Shown: positions 12,791 through 23,877 of the stretch, in pieces
How positions within the stretch are numbered: the first letter of the stretch is position 1
How the letters are laid out: the number at the start of each line of letters is the position of its first letter
DNA from: Dimorphilus gyrociliatus
Lineage: Eukaryota; Animalia; Annelida
Direction of reading: 5' to 3'
Assembly (NCBI GenBank): GCA_904063045.1
Contig: CAJFCJ010000085.1
Location: forward strand, 1 to 47,885
Length of the DNA: 47,885 nucleotides
The notes under the pieces: generated by a model
Told to the model about the DNA's origin: nothing
The model's input: only the letters and a program-made list of their open reading frames with translations
The model's database searches: none
Made by a program: the position numbers and the translations under genes

Positions 12791-13534
12791 TGTACTTTGT
12801 TGTATTGTAATTGTAGGAATTTCTGCTTGTTCAGAACAGTATTCATCCTCTTCAGTCATTTATCAATTCAGCAAAGTACTCAAACAAATAGAACCTTTTA
12901 AGTTCATCCACAATCAGTATTAACAAATGTAATTTTGGTAGAAATTAAACAACAAAACACAAGTATTTCATCCAAAGGTTATTTATTGAGTAAATGAGTT
13001 CCTAGTTCTAAACAAGCAAGTTTAAACAATCAACTAATGGTTAAAGAACTGAACTAACAAGCTGGGGAAATGTATTTCCTTTTATACATTTCCCAAAGCT
13101 TGGGTTCAATTGGTCAAAGGATTAGGAGGGCGAAATATAGCAGTCTCATAATCCACAAGTAACAAAAATATTAAAGACTATTATATGACACATATAGAAT
13201 ACAATGATGAGATGAACACCACATGGCCAACATGTGCCACTGCAGCACAGGCCTGCTTCAGTAGCATCTGGTATTGCCTAAGATGTAACAAATTTCACAT
13301 GCATCTTTTCTATGTTCTTTGTTCCTTTGTTAAATGCATAGTGGCTCCACCTCATATGGGAAAAGAATCTATTTCCTACGAAATAGAGTTCTTTCTAAAG
13401 TTCTAGAATCTTATTCTATGACATAAAAGACTTTCTAAAGTTGCACCATTATAATTCCCACAAAATAGAAGTTATTCTAAAGTTCATTTATATCTAAAGT
13501 CTAAATATCAATATGTCATTATGTCTAAGTGTAC
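12791..13534 (-). repeat. Left arm of ~740-bp inverted repeat (5' module copy 2 plus short subterminal-like repeats)
   Basis: Reverse-complement match to 14858-15594 (about 93% over one 137-bp block counted by eye, lower with indels elsewhere). Encodes MTEEDEYCSEQAEIPTITIQQST. Inner end ..tctaagtgtac. Confidence 0.88.
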
Positions 13535-13739
13535 GGATATCCCACCATTTTAAGACCTTGCTTCCACGAAAGGTATGTGACTGGTCACAATGACTCTGTT
13601 ACCTTCCTTTATAAATGTTGGATAGTTTTGAAGAGGTATTGCTTCTTGTTTAATTTCTAAGGTTGAGTATGTTGGTACCTGTAGTTCCTCTTGTTGAATT
13701 TCTGGAGCAGTGGCTTGAGCTTTTCTTCTTTCTAGAAAA

Positions 13740-14857
13740 CAAACAAACAATCAATAAAGCTTGTCATAGTGTACTTCAATTTGACTGCGAAGGTTCGTGT
13801 ATAAGTCGAAAAATGAAATGTAATCTACGATACGATTGTTATGACAAATCGGATGAAAAAAAGTGTCTTAAATACCAAGACAGAATTTGTACGCTAGTTT
13901 CAAAAGGGAAAAAAACTTGCAGAGTTCAATACAATAATATGAAATATTTGAAAACAAATCCACATTTTCCAATAATTGACATTGTTGATTGCGAGTTGAA
14001 ATCTTGTAGAGTTGGCGAATATCTATGCTATATTTATAATTATTGCATATCAATAGAGCAATTCTGCGATGGCATTAATCATTGTTATCTAGGAGATGAC
14101 GAAAAGTATTGTTTTGAAGAAAAACATACTCCTTCCAGCTTTTTCAAGTGCAAAAATGAAACTGCATACATTCAAAAACCAAAAAATTATGTAACAAAGA
14201 AGTTGATTGCTTTTACCGAAGTGACAAATTGAACTGCGATTACTTTAATGAATTTGAAAATTCATTAAACAACCAACTTACTGGCTGTAACGTTTCCCAT
14301 TGTTTTGATTTGTCTTGCGCAATAGCTCCAACTTGGTTATCGTATTCTTTCCATCATCCTCCCTACATAAACATTTCAAAACTATTGAAAAGACTTTACG
14401 TCAATGGAGACGTTTTATTCAATCATTCAAATATTCGTAAAAATCTCGCGATTCTAGAGATTGTTAATAATAGAATTGCGAAAAACATATCCATGTTCCA
14501 ATTTCCTAACTTGGTTTCTTTAGTCTTAAAAGGAAACAAACTTAGTGATATGAAATTTTTGAATAATCAAACATTCCTAATTCTTCAAAGTTTAGATCTT
14601 TCCAATAATCCTATTACATCAATAGACTTTTTGCGAAACTCCTTTTTCTGGATTTATCATTTACAAAAATTTCATTTTTAGATTTTAACCTATTTAAAAA
14701 TTTTAAGCGAATGATCAATTCAATCAGTATTTCATTGGCACCTTTATACATGAATATTATAAGACATGTGAACCAATCAGCGCAAAATATGAAAAAGATG
14801 ATCAAGTCGAGTCAAAAACAATTTTCAAGAGTACAAATATCTGTTTTGTTTATAGCT
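13740..14857 (+). pseudogene. Truncated GRL101-like fragment (paralog D): LDLa 4-6 and LRRs, frameshifted, no 7TM
   Basis: CNLRYDCYDKSDEKKC, CDGINHCYLGDDEKYC, frameshift in the A-run ~14180 then KLCNKEVDCFYRSDKLNC, LRRs LVSLVLKGNKL / LQSLDLSNNPI. Similarity ends at the right inverted-repeat arm. Confidence 0.85.
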
Positions 14858-15594
14858 GTGCACTTAGATATAAGGGTACATTAGAAAGACTTCTATTTTA
14901 TAGGAATTAGACTGGTGCAACTATAGAAATACTTATATTTCGTAGGAATTATAGTGGTGGAACTTTAGAAAGACTTTTATTTCGTAGAGTTAGCTTTTAG
15001 TACTTTAGAAAGAACTCTATTTCGTAAGAAATAGACTCTTTGACTGTAACAGATGGTGGCTACTTGGGGAATTAACAAAGGAACAAAGAACATGGAAAAG
15101 ATGCAGGTCAAACACCAGATGCTGATGAGGCAGGCCTGTTTGCTGTGGCACATGTTTGGCATGTGGCCCTAATCTTAGGATTATATTTTATATGTGTCAT
15201 ATAACAGTCTTTCATATTTTTGTTACATGAGAATTATGAGACCATCAGATTTCAACTTTGTAATCCTTTGACCACTTGAACCCAAGCTTTGGAAAATGTA
15301 TAAAAGGAAATGCATTTCCCCAGCTTGTCAGTTCAGTTCTTTAACCATTAACTGGTTGTTTAAACTTACTTGTTTAGAACTAGAAACTCATTTACTCAAT
15401 ACATATTCTTTGGACGAAATACTGGTATTTTGTTGAATTATTTCTACCAAAATTACATTTGTTAAGACTATTTGTGGACGAACTTGAAAGGTTCTAATTG
15501 GATCAGTACTTTGGTAAATTGATAAATGATTGGAAAGGACGAATACTGTTCTGAAGAAGCAGAAATTCCTACAATTACAATACAACAAAGTACA
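14858..15594 (+). repeat. Right arm of ~740-bp inverted repeat (5' module copy 3)
   Basis: Starts gtgcacttaga. Contains tttcgtag/ctttagaaaga repeats. Ends encoding MIGKDEYCSEEAEIPTITIQQST. Confidence 0.88.
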
Positions 15595-16061
15595 AGAAAT
15601 AACTCTTGATTTTCTTGGAGAAAGAGAAACAGCTCACTTCTCTGTTAGTTACTTTTTCAGTAAAAACTTGAGCTGTGTTAAATATATAATAGCAATTTCA
15701 TTCAAAAGTCATTCAGTCACTCAGTCTCTAATCTCTAATTATTGACTCTTAAGTTCATTTTTCCATAATTTATCCTATAGATGAGTAATTGTTGTTGAAC
15801 TTGACCTTTGTAGTTTAATAATGATCTTGTTTAAGATCTTTGTTAAGGATAAAAGTCTTCTAGATGACCTATTAAGATGATGATTAGAAAAAACAATAAG
15901 AGTTTACATAATCTGGAATTTGTGGCCAAGATTAAATGGATAACTGTCTAATTCATGTTTGTCTTTACTAACATGATATTATAAAATCTATTTGCCAAGT
16001 TTTAAGCAACTTGAAAAATGCATAATGTATTTTCTTTAATGTAGATTTTTGAGTAGTGTTC

Positions 16062-16973
16062 TTAAAATGGTTTCAAATGATTGATAAATGTTTTGTACAG
16101 ACAAGAGAGAAAACTATACAAACTGTTATCCCATGTATTTTTAATATCAGTTTCCGATTTGAATGAATTTGACCATTTAAATGCGTAGACATTGCCATGA
16201 AAATCTTTTGAATTACACGCTGCAAGACACAATCCTAGGTTTATTGGACTGTCACTGCCAATCCCACCAACTGTAAAATAACCATATTGAACACCATTCA
16301 TATAATAGAAAAGTCTATTGATAGTTTGATCAAATACAAAAGCAAAATAAGTTAAATAATCATCAGTTAATGGCTTCATAACTAATCCATTCTTTACACC
16401 TGATGTTGTTCCCAATGAACCATTTCCATTAAGTGATATTTTAGGGGCTAAATAACCAAATTTAGAAAATGAATACAGAATTAAATTATCTGAATAGTCA
16501 GCTGGTAAAATGTATTTACAAACAATTTCTACTGAAAAAGCTTGATTACCAGTCCCAAAACCTAAGTCATGCATGACCTATAAAATGTTAAAAATTAATT
16601 GATAATGATAATAATTTCTGTTGAAATAATAATAAAAGAAAGAGGCAAACTTTTAAGTAATCATTCAATCCAAAATATATTGAACCATCTGTATTGTATT
16701 TTACTGTATTACCAAATATAGTGCCAACTTTACCCAATCCTCCAATATCTGGAATAACACTATTTGCTGGTATTAATTCATTTTTGTTGACATTATACCA
16801 ATCATATAGTAACACAGTTTCATCATCTTTAAAAAGAAACTGGTGTCTTAACTGACCTGAACAAAAGAAATATCTTATATTCTAAATACTGAGAAATATT
16901 TAAACTAAAAAATCTTCAACTTACAAAGGTCAAAGGTTAGAGAAATTAGTAAAAAGCTCAATAAAGTAATCAT
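16062..16973 (-). CDS. Secreted concanavalin A-like / LamG-like domain protein, 3+ exons
   Basis: Signal exon MITLLSFLLISLTFDL (ATG 16973, donor gtaagt), exon QLRHQFLFKD..GSIYFGLNDYLK, exon ..AFSVEI..TYFAFVFDQTINRLFYYMNGVQ..FHGNVYAFKWSN (LamG_3/pentraxin-like pattern). 3' end uncertain. Confidence 0.65.
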
Positions 16974-17545
16974 TGCTGTTGTTTAGCTGTCAACTGAAAT
17001 TGTTTTTATACTTTTATAAAAAAGACTATTTTTCTATTGTATTTTGTAATGGTGAGTGGAATTGTCTCAAGAATTAATAATTTCTCTTTTAATGCTTTCA
17101 GTCTAATAAACATTTTAAAACAAATTCAAATACAATAACTAGACTAATGGTATTTTATTTTATTTTATATAATTGATACTTAGAAGTGACCTGGTTATTG
17201 AATTTACAATACTTTATATCACTAGCAAGAATAATGAATGCTATAAATAGGTAAGAAAATGTTTGTATACTATATCAGCTTTTATTGTTTTCTATTGTTA
17301 AAATTAAGAAAGTTCTTTTCTATGGATTGCAACATAAATGTTTTGAATAGTTGTCAATGGTATATTGTTATCTATTTTTTGTCAACTACTGTTCCTATAG
17401 TGTAATGGATGTTTCTTTAGCAGCTGATGCAATAACAGTTTACATTTCAAGAGTTAAGCAGTCTCTTGAGATGGCCTCTCTTGTTTTAACAATGAAAATA
17501 CGTAAAAATTGCAATGAATTTTCATTCTTTAAGAGAATGTGAAAT

Positions 17546-17688
17546 GGCTGTCATGGGAAACGTCCACAAAACTCTGGTTTTACCCTAACCCTAGCCATGA
17601 GGTGATATCCCCCTAGCTACAAATCAACGGCTATCTTTTTCCTCCTAACCTCAACAAATCTGGTTTGTGGACGTTTTCTATCAACCCC
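17546..17688 (-). mobile_element. Mutator MITE with 25-bp imperfect TIRs and 9-bp TSD
   Basis: TSD ATGTGAAAT at 17537-17545 and 17689-17697. TIRs ggctgtcatgggaaacgtccacaaa / tttgtggacgttttctatcaacccc. Internal ccctaacccta. Confidence 0.9.
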
Positions 17689-18084
17689 ATGTGAAATGTC
17701 ACTTAAATTCTGCAGCCTAGTTTTTTCTTCTCATATGGGTTATGATAAATACCAGTCTAAGTAGAACTAGAAAATATGAATCAGCTCATAGAGTTCAAAT
17801 GAATTTAATAAATAATAGAAATAGATATAGAGATATAAGTCATATAGGGATATTGTTGAAAAGAATGATGGTGAAAAACATTGTTTTCTCTCTTTCTATT
17901 CTTCTCTCTCCATATATTGTTTGGAATATCTAAAAAGCAAAATGAGCAAAATTATTAAAAACTGGTACATTGTTTATAACAAAAGTAAAAAAAGGTTAAG
18001 TAGCTGCCAAAAAAAGATGATATGCACTAATATATATATTTTAAACTGATTACAGTTACATTGATATGGTAACCTTGGCAAAAT

Positions 18085-18205
18085 ACAACATGTGTAATTT
18101 ATTGCAAGAACTCTTAGGGACAGAATCAACAATCATGGAGGTAATGTGAGAAACGAATCCAACAAATTGGTCTCTAATCACTTTAGAGAACATGGATTGG
18201 ATTAG
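18085..18205 (+). pseudogene. Penelope-like GIY-YIG endonuclease remnant with internal deletion
   Basis: TTCVIYC (18085-18105) followed in a shifted frame by ARTLRDRINNH..NKLVSNHFREHG (18104-18205). Matches the VIYC..(YIG)xTxRxLxxRxxxH..VxxHF pattern of PLE endonucleases. Confidence 0.55.
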
Positions 18206-18245
18206 ACTCTATTCCTGAGCTGAGCTCTGAAGTTTGAAAATTTTT

Positions 18246-18365
18246 GGGGCCAAACAGAAAACGTTCTCAAGTGAGATATTCAAAAGCAACATTTCGGATT
18301 GAAAAATGATTAGGAGGAGTAAAGTAGATATTGATTTGTCAAAAAGGTTAGACAGAGACAAGGGA
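18246..18365 (+). mobile_element. Partial Mutator MITE (left end only)
   Basis: ggggccaaacagaaaacgttctcaagtgag.. aligns to the left half of the 9782 and 38092 copies. Confidence 0.55.
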
Positions 18366-18870
18366 TCTAATCTAGATTCAGTGCAATTACATGATGTGTA
18401 AACAGCCAATTTTACCTAATTCTAACCTGAACTCTTGACCCTAAAGTCCTAGATTCAGGAATTGTTAGATAGCCTACTGAGAAGGCAACAAAACCACTGT
18501 AGGTCAAATAAATTAAAGAAAATATTAAGGAAAATTAAGGAAAATATTAAAAAAATTAAAAAAAGTTATTTTATTCTCTTGTAAATTGCTTTAAATGTCG
18601 TTTTTGGTGTTCTCCCCAAGATCTAATCTTAAGACTATAGATGGCGCTGAAACATGAGAGGGCGCTTCTTGTCTGCTATATTTTGGTTAAGAGTACCTTC
18701 ACTCGTCTATTCGACGAAAACGTAAGTTGTTCAATTAATATTGGTGTGTAGAATTTTTAGAAAACATTTTTCAATCCTCTCCTACAAGATAATCATAGCA
18801 TTATATTAATATAAATAGTAAACATTCAAATCGATTTCCATATTGGCAGCCATTTTGATTTGCATAGCAG

Positions 18871-18968
18871 GTAATTTTCATCACAATTACATGATTTTAA
18901 TAAAAGGTTACAGATATTTTTTATAGATTCATTTGGTTTTTTGCTATTAATTATCATTGCATTTGTAG
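18871..18968 (+). other. Candidate 98-bp spliceosomal intron in the 5'UTR of the epimerase-like gene
   Basis: Donor CAG|GTAATT at 18871, acceptor atttgtAG at 18968, 22 nt before the ATG at 18991. Confidence 0.5.
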
Positions 18969-18990
18969 AAGGAATAGTAAAGAGAAAGAT

Positions 18991-19650
18991 ATGAAAGTAG
19001 TGATTACAGGATCATCTGGATTGATGGGAAAAGGAACACTATTGCAATGCGTCAAAGACAGCAGAGTAGAAGAAGTCTTAATAATAAATCGAAAAAGCAT
19101 TGGTTTTGAGCATCCCAAAGTGAAGGAAATTTTATTGGAAGATATGTTTCAATTGGCCTCCATTAAAGAACAGTTAAAGGGCTATGATGCTTGCTTCTTT
19201 GCAATTGGTGTTACCGCTTTTCGGGCAAATGAAGAGTATTATCACAAAATGACCTTTGATCTCACAAAATTGTTTGCTGATATTCTATGGGAGCAGAATC
19301 CAGATTTAAGCTTTTTATATGTTTCGGCAGAGGGAAGTGACCCAACAGAAAGTAGTGGATCATTTTGGAGAAATTCAAGGGGTAAAATTGAAAATTACAT
19401 TACTCATTCAGAGAAGAAAGGATATGTTTTTCGTTTGGCAATTATAAAACCAATAGGAGAGGTTAGCTCTAGAACTTATGGAGCTGCAGAACCTGTTGTA
19501 AAAGTGCTTTACCCATTGTTGAAATGCCTTGCTCCAAATAAGGTAACCACCACCGAAAATATAGGGAAATCCTTCTTAAACATAGTTGAAAAGGGAAATG
19601 ATTTAAAGTTGCATCAATCCAGATCCATAAACGAACTAGCGGTTCAATAA
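18991..19650 (+). CDS. NAD(P)-binding Rossmann-fold protein (NAD-dependent epimerase/TIP30-like atypical SDR), single coding exon, bacterial-type
   Basis: MKVVITGSSGLMGKG (GxxGxxG), VLIINRKS, GYDACFFAIGV, FLYVSAEGSD, YVFR; intact 219 aa. Confidence 0.9.
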   Translation: MKVVITGSSGLMGKGTLLQCVKDSRVEEVLIINRKSIGFEHPKVKEILLEDMFQLASIKEQLKGYDACFFAIGVTAFRANEEYYHKMTFDLTKLFADILWEQNPDLSFLYVSAEGSDPTESSGSFWRNSRGKIENYITHSEKKGYVFRLAIIKPIGEVSSRTYGAAEPVVKVLYPLLKCLAPNKVTTTENIGKSFLNIVEKGNDLKLHQSRSINELAVQ

Positions 19651-20983
19651 TGGCTTGGAATTTCAGATATGTGGCATTGAAATTTCTGTCCAATATGTCG
19701 ACCTACCAATTCCATTAAATAGTTTCCAATTCTTATTTCAAAGGTTCCTAATCAATGGCTTATGTAATTTATTAAACAAACGCATAATATAGGTTATACA
19801 TAGGAGAAAAATGCCCAAGGGAACATTCTGGGCATTTCTACGATTTGGAGAATTTTCATTCCAACCTTTTTCAGTTGGTTTTGGACTATACAGACGGTTT
19901 TGAAGAATAGAAGCCTGATAACTGGTCCGTTGATGGTTAGGTTTAAACACACCAAAAAGTTGGCCATTTTCTCCAGGACTCATTTACAATACATTGTTAT
20001 GCTAACATTAACAATTCACATTACAAGTGTTCAATATACAAGTGTTTTTAATGTTTTTACTGTTGTTGATGTAGAAATACTTGTTGTGTTCATTCAGATG
20101 CTTGAATATCCAGAAAAGTCTTACAGATATAATTAAAAGACCCTTGTGCTTTGGTGGCTTGTTTAAATGTCCGCAAGATGATATTTACAATGCAGTGCAT
20201 TCATGAATATTGTTTGATCTAATTAAATAAATTGATCCTGTTCTGGATGGAAACAATCGTCTTTTTTCAAGTCTTGATCCTCTAAAGAATCAAACAACTT
20301 ATCCATATCTTACATTCTTCTTTGATATCCACAAAATTGGCTAATTCTGCCCAATAATGGTCATAATATGGGAGAAAAATAGGACTATTTTTCAATGAAC
20401 ACAATTTTAATCCAATAAAAGAATTCATGTGGTTATATCAACACAATGATTTACAATTGAAAATCAGGGCTAACCCTAACCCTTACATGTGCAGTAATCA
20501 TCCTTTATTTAAATAATACATTAAAAAAGTCTTAATAACTGGATACCATTCAACATAAACATCTGATAGAGAACAATCTAATACACTTTGAATGTAGTCA
20601 ATGCATAAATGGACTTGACTTGGCGACTTGCCAAGACTGATAATCAAAATATGACATCATATGTTTTGGGAATGGCTCCTATTCCAAGAATTGATGACTA
20701 TATTCCTAATTGTACTAGCAAAGGAATGGACAATTCAATAAGAGAGCAAATTCTGTGTTTGTCAACAATTCATACTGTAAAGAAAAAGTCCGTAAATAGA
20801 AACCTATATTGGAATTTAAATGATATTCCAATCCAATAATACAAACATAAGCAGAAGAACTATTCCAAATGTTTACAGTGTCCATATCGCCATTTATTTT
20901 CAAGACAGTTTGATAAAAATTCCTATTTTTAAAAAGTTTTTCTGAAAGATGAAATAAATTAATCCAAGTTGTAATAAAAAAAT

Positions 20984-23002
20984 ATGAGTAAGGGGTTATT
21001 GCATATTTGTGAAGGTCTTGTTAAATCATCCAATTCATTAAAAGAAGTCAATTTAGAATTTTGTCAATTAGATAAAGAACAAAGTCAGGCTTTTGGGAAT
21101 TTTTTAAAAAATTGTTGCTTTCTACAAAAAATCAATCTAAAATGGAATACAGAAATGGCAAATGGATTTTTCGATGTGTGCAATGGGCTTATTAAATCAT
21201 CAAATAGTTTAAAGTATGTCAATTTTGAAAACTGTGATTTAAATGAGGAACAAGGCAGAATGATTGGAGATCTTTTGCAAAATTGTACCAAAATAGAATC
21301 AATTAATCTAAATTCCAATAGTAGGCTGAAAAATGGGCTTTTTAGCATTTGTAATGGACTATTTCAATCAACAGCTACATTAAAATATGTCAATTTTGGA
21401 CAATGTCAAATAGATGAAGAACAGTGTAAAATTATGGGAGATCTCTTTCAAAATTGTACTAAACTAGCAGAAATCAATATAGATAGAAATCAATTAATGA
21501 AATATGGTTTATTTTACATTTCCAGGGGACTTTTAGCATCATCAAATACTTTAAAGAATATCACTTTTGAAAGATGTATCTTAAATGAAAAACAAAGCAG
21601 TTTAATAGGAAACCTGTTTAAAAATTGTTCAAATTTAGAAGTTGTTAATCTAGACTGGAATAAAGATATGGATAATGGACTGTTTGATATTTGTGAAGGG
21701 CTGATTCAATCATCAAATACTTTAAAAGATATCAGCTTCCAATGGTGTAAATTTAGACGAGAGCAGTGTAAAATGATAGCGAAACTTTTCAAAAATTGTT
21801 TTGCAATTGAAAATATATCTCTGTCACTCAGTGAATATGAGGAAAGTGAATTATTGGATATTTGTGATGGACTTAATCAATCATCAAATTCTTTAAAAAA
21901 CATTAATTTTCAAGCATGTCATTTCAATGAAGAACATTGTAAAATAATTGGAAACCTTTTTCAAAATTGTTCCAATATAGAAAGTGTAAATCTTGATATG
22001 AATAAACAAATGGATAGTGGACTACTTGATATTTGCCAAGGACTTCTTCAGTCATCAAATTCTCTGAAAGAGATCACTTTTAGAAGCTGTAGGTTAAATG
22101 AAGAACAATGTAGAATGATTGGGAACCTTTTTGAAAAGTGTTCCAATATAAAAATTGTGAATCTAGATTGGAATGAGAAAATGGGTAATGGGTTATTTGA
22201 TATTTGTCAAGGACTTGTCCAGTCATCAAATTCTTTAAAACAAGTTCACTTTCACAAATGTAAATTAGATAAGAAACAAATTCCAATGATAGGAAATCTA
22301 CTGAAACATTGTTCTAATATAGAAACAATCTGTCTAGACTGTGCTGATGGTATTGGAAATGCATTATCCAATATTTCGCAAGGATTTGCCCAATCATCAA
22401 ATTCTTTAAAGGTCATCAATATTCAAGAGAGCAAGTTAAATGAAGAACAGAGCAGAATGATAGGAAATGCCTTAAAATATTGTTTCAGTATTGAACAAAT
22501 TTCTCTATCAGTTACTGAACATATGGGAAGTGGATTTTTCATAATTTGCCAAGGACTCATTAAGTCATCAACAGTTTTGAAAAGTATCAATTTTACACGA
22601 TGTAATATAAATGAAGAACAAAGTAGACTGATAGGAAGTCTGTTGAAGAAATGTTGCAAAGTTGAAACACTTTGTCTTTTAGGTAATAAAAATATGGGAA
22701 ATGGATTTTTCAACATTTGTGATGGACTTAGCCAATCATCAAAGTGCTTGAAGAATATTAATTTTTCATTCTGTAATTTAAATGAAGAGCAAGGCAAAAT
22801 GATTGGTAATATCTTAAAAAAATGTTCAAAGATCAAAGAGATTTCTTTGTCAGGAAATAGAAATATAGCAGATGGATTTTTTGACATTTGTGAAGGACTC
22901 TTTCAGTCAGTAAGAACTTTACAATTTGTCAATTTTGAAATGTGTGGTTTAAGTAGAGAGCAAATGAAAGAAAGAGATAAACTATTTATTTCTAATAATT
23001 AA
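20984..23002 (+). CDS. RNI-like LRR protein: 11 complete plus one partial 57-aa (171-bp) unit, single exon; true 5' end probably decayed
   Basis: Unit SSNSLKxINFxxCxLNEEQxxMIGxLFxNCSNIExVNLDWNxxMGNGLFDICxGLxQ; tcatcaaat recurs every ~171 bp (21198..22736). Upstream DNA resembles a degenerate extra unit with stops. Confidence 0.88.
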   Translation: MSKGLLHICEGLVKSSNSLKEVNLEFCQLDKEQSQAFGNFLKNCCFLQKINLKWNTEMANGFFDVCNGLIKSSNSLKYVNFENCDLNEEQGRMIGDLLQNCTKIESINLNSNSRLKNGLFSICNGLFQSTATLKYVNFGQCQIDEEQCKIMGDLFQNCTKLAEINIDRNQLMKYGLFYISRGLLASSNTLKNITFERCILNEKQSSLIGNLFKNCSNLEVVNLDWNKDMDNGLFDICEGLIQSSNTLKDISFQWCKFRREQCKMIAKLFKNCFAIENISLSLSEYEESELLDICDGLNQSSNSLKNINFQACHFNEEHCKIIGNLFQNCSNIESVNLDMNKQMDSGLLDICQGLLQSSNSLKEITFRSCRLNEEQCRMIGNLFEKCSNIKIVNLDWNEKMGNGLFDICQGLVQSSNSLKQVHFHKCKLDKKQIPMIGNLLKHCSNIETICLDCADGIGNALSNISQGFAQSSNSLKVINIQESKLNEEQSRMIGNALKYCFSIEQISLSVTEHMGSGFFIICQGLIKSSTVLKSINFTRCNINEEQSRLIGSLLKKCCKVETLCLLGNKNMGNGFFNICDGLSQSSKCLKNINFSFCNLNEEQGKMIGNILKKCSKIKEISLSGNRNIADGFFDICEGLFQSVRTLQFVNFEMCGLSREQMKERDKLFISNN

Positions 23003-23634
23003 AAAAGAAATATTTTTCTTGAAGACAATAAATCATTTTATCTACAAGGCCATTATGCATGGGAAGGAGTGGAGGGACCTTGAAAGCGCCCAAAACAGTT
23101 GTTTTCGTATCATTTACATATTCTTATTATTTCAATATTATTTCAATATATTTCATTAAACATAATTCATTAAAAATCCAATGATGGGAAGTTAGAAATT
23201 GTTACCATAAGTTAAATATTTTGCTTTTCTTTGCTGTCTACAGATTTTCTTCTCACTTAGTAATTTTGTATAGAGTTTTATCAGATCTGTTTAGTTCTTC
23301 CTGTATTGGTTATGGATGATTTGACAGAGGTTTCTTATTTTAGTTGTTCAAGCTGTTAAAATGGTTATCACTATGAATTTGGAATAGAGATGGCTAGTAT
23401 CTGAGGTATAGAAATTCTAGATTATCCACTTATAGTCAGTTCCCAAAAATTGATTTTATTTATAAAGAAAGGACAATTAAAGACAACAAAGAGAAACTTT
23501 GTTTCTTTTGTAAAAGCCTTTTTACAATTGAGCCAAATGAAAGAATATCTTCTTTCTCTTTTTCAATATTTGATCTTGCAAAATTCTCTATTTTCAATGC
23601 GTATAACGAGCGATAGCTCTGAAAAATTTAAATT

Positions 23635-23877
23635 TTAAATAATGTTGTAAGTATTGCCCAACATTTTTACATTGTAATATAAATCATCAAGTGTCAGCTG
23701 TTTGTCAGATGCAAATTTGTTACTATGGCAATAAGCAATTGCCCTTAGAATATCTTTTATGGCTTTAATGTATTTTTTTTCATCAAAGAATTTCTTTGAG
23801 AGGAAATTCTTTTCCAAATACTTTGAAGTATTGTCTTCCAACACCAAATATCCATTGGAGTATCTAAAAAATTTCAT
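23635..23877 (-). pseudogene. Protein-kinase-like fragment (subdomains V-VIa), no HRD motif
   Basis: YLVLE..YL..F.E..IKDILRAIAYCHSNK resembles kinase alphaE. The catalytic loop is not recognisable. Confidence 0.4.

Noticed and set aside
19806-19838. 9-bp hairpin AAATGCCCA/TGGGCATTT as a terminator or Helitron end
   Set aside because: No following U-tract or CTRR end, and a single hairpin of this size can arise by chance.
21085-22887. Antisense ORFs over the LRR gene (also 1567-1824, 7073-7477, 7709-7912, 25205-25643, 35414-35662)
   Set aside because: Shadow frames opposite genuine coding exons, with no recognisable motifs.
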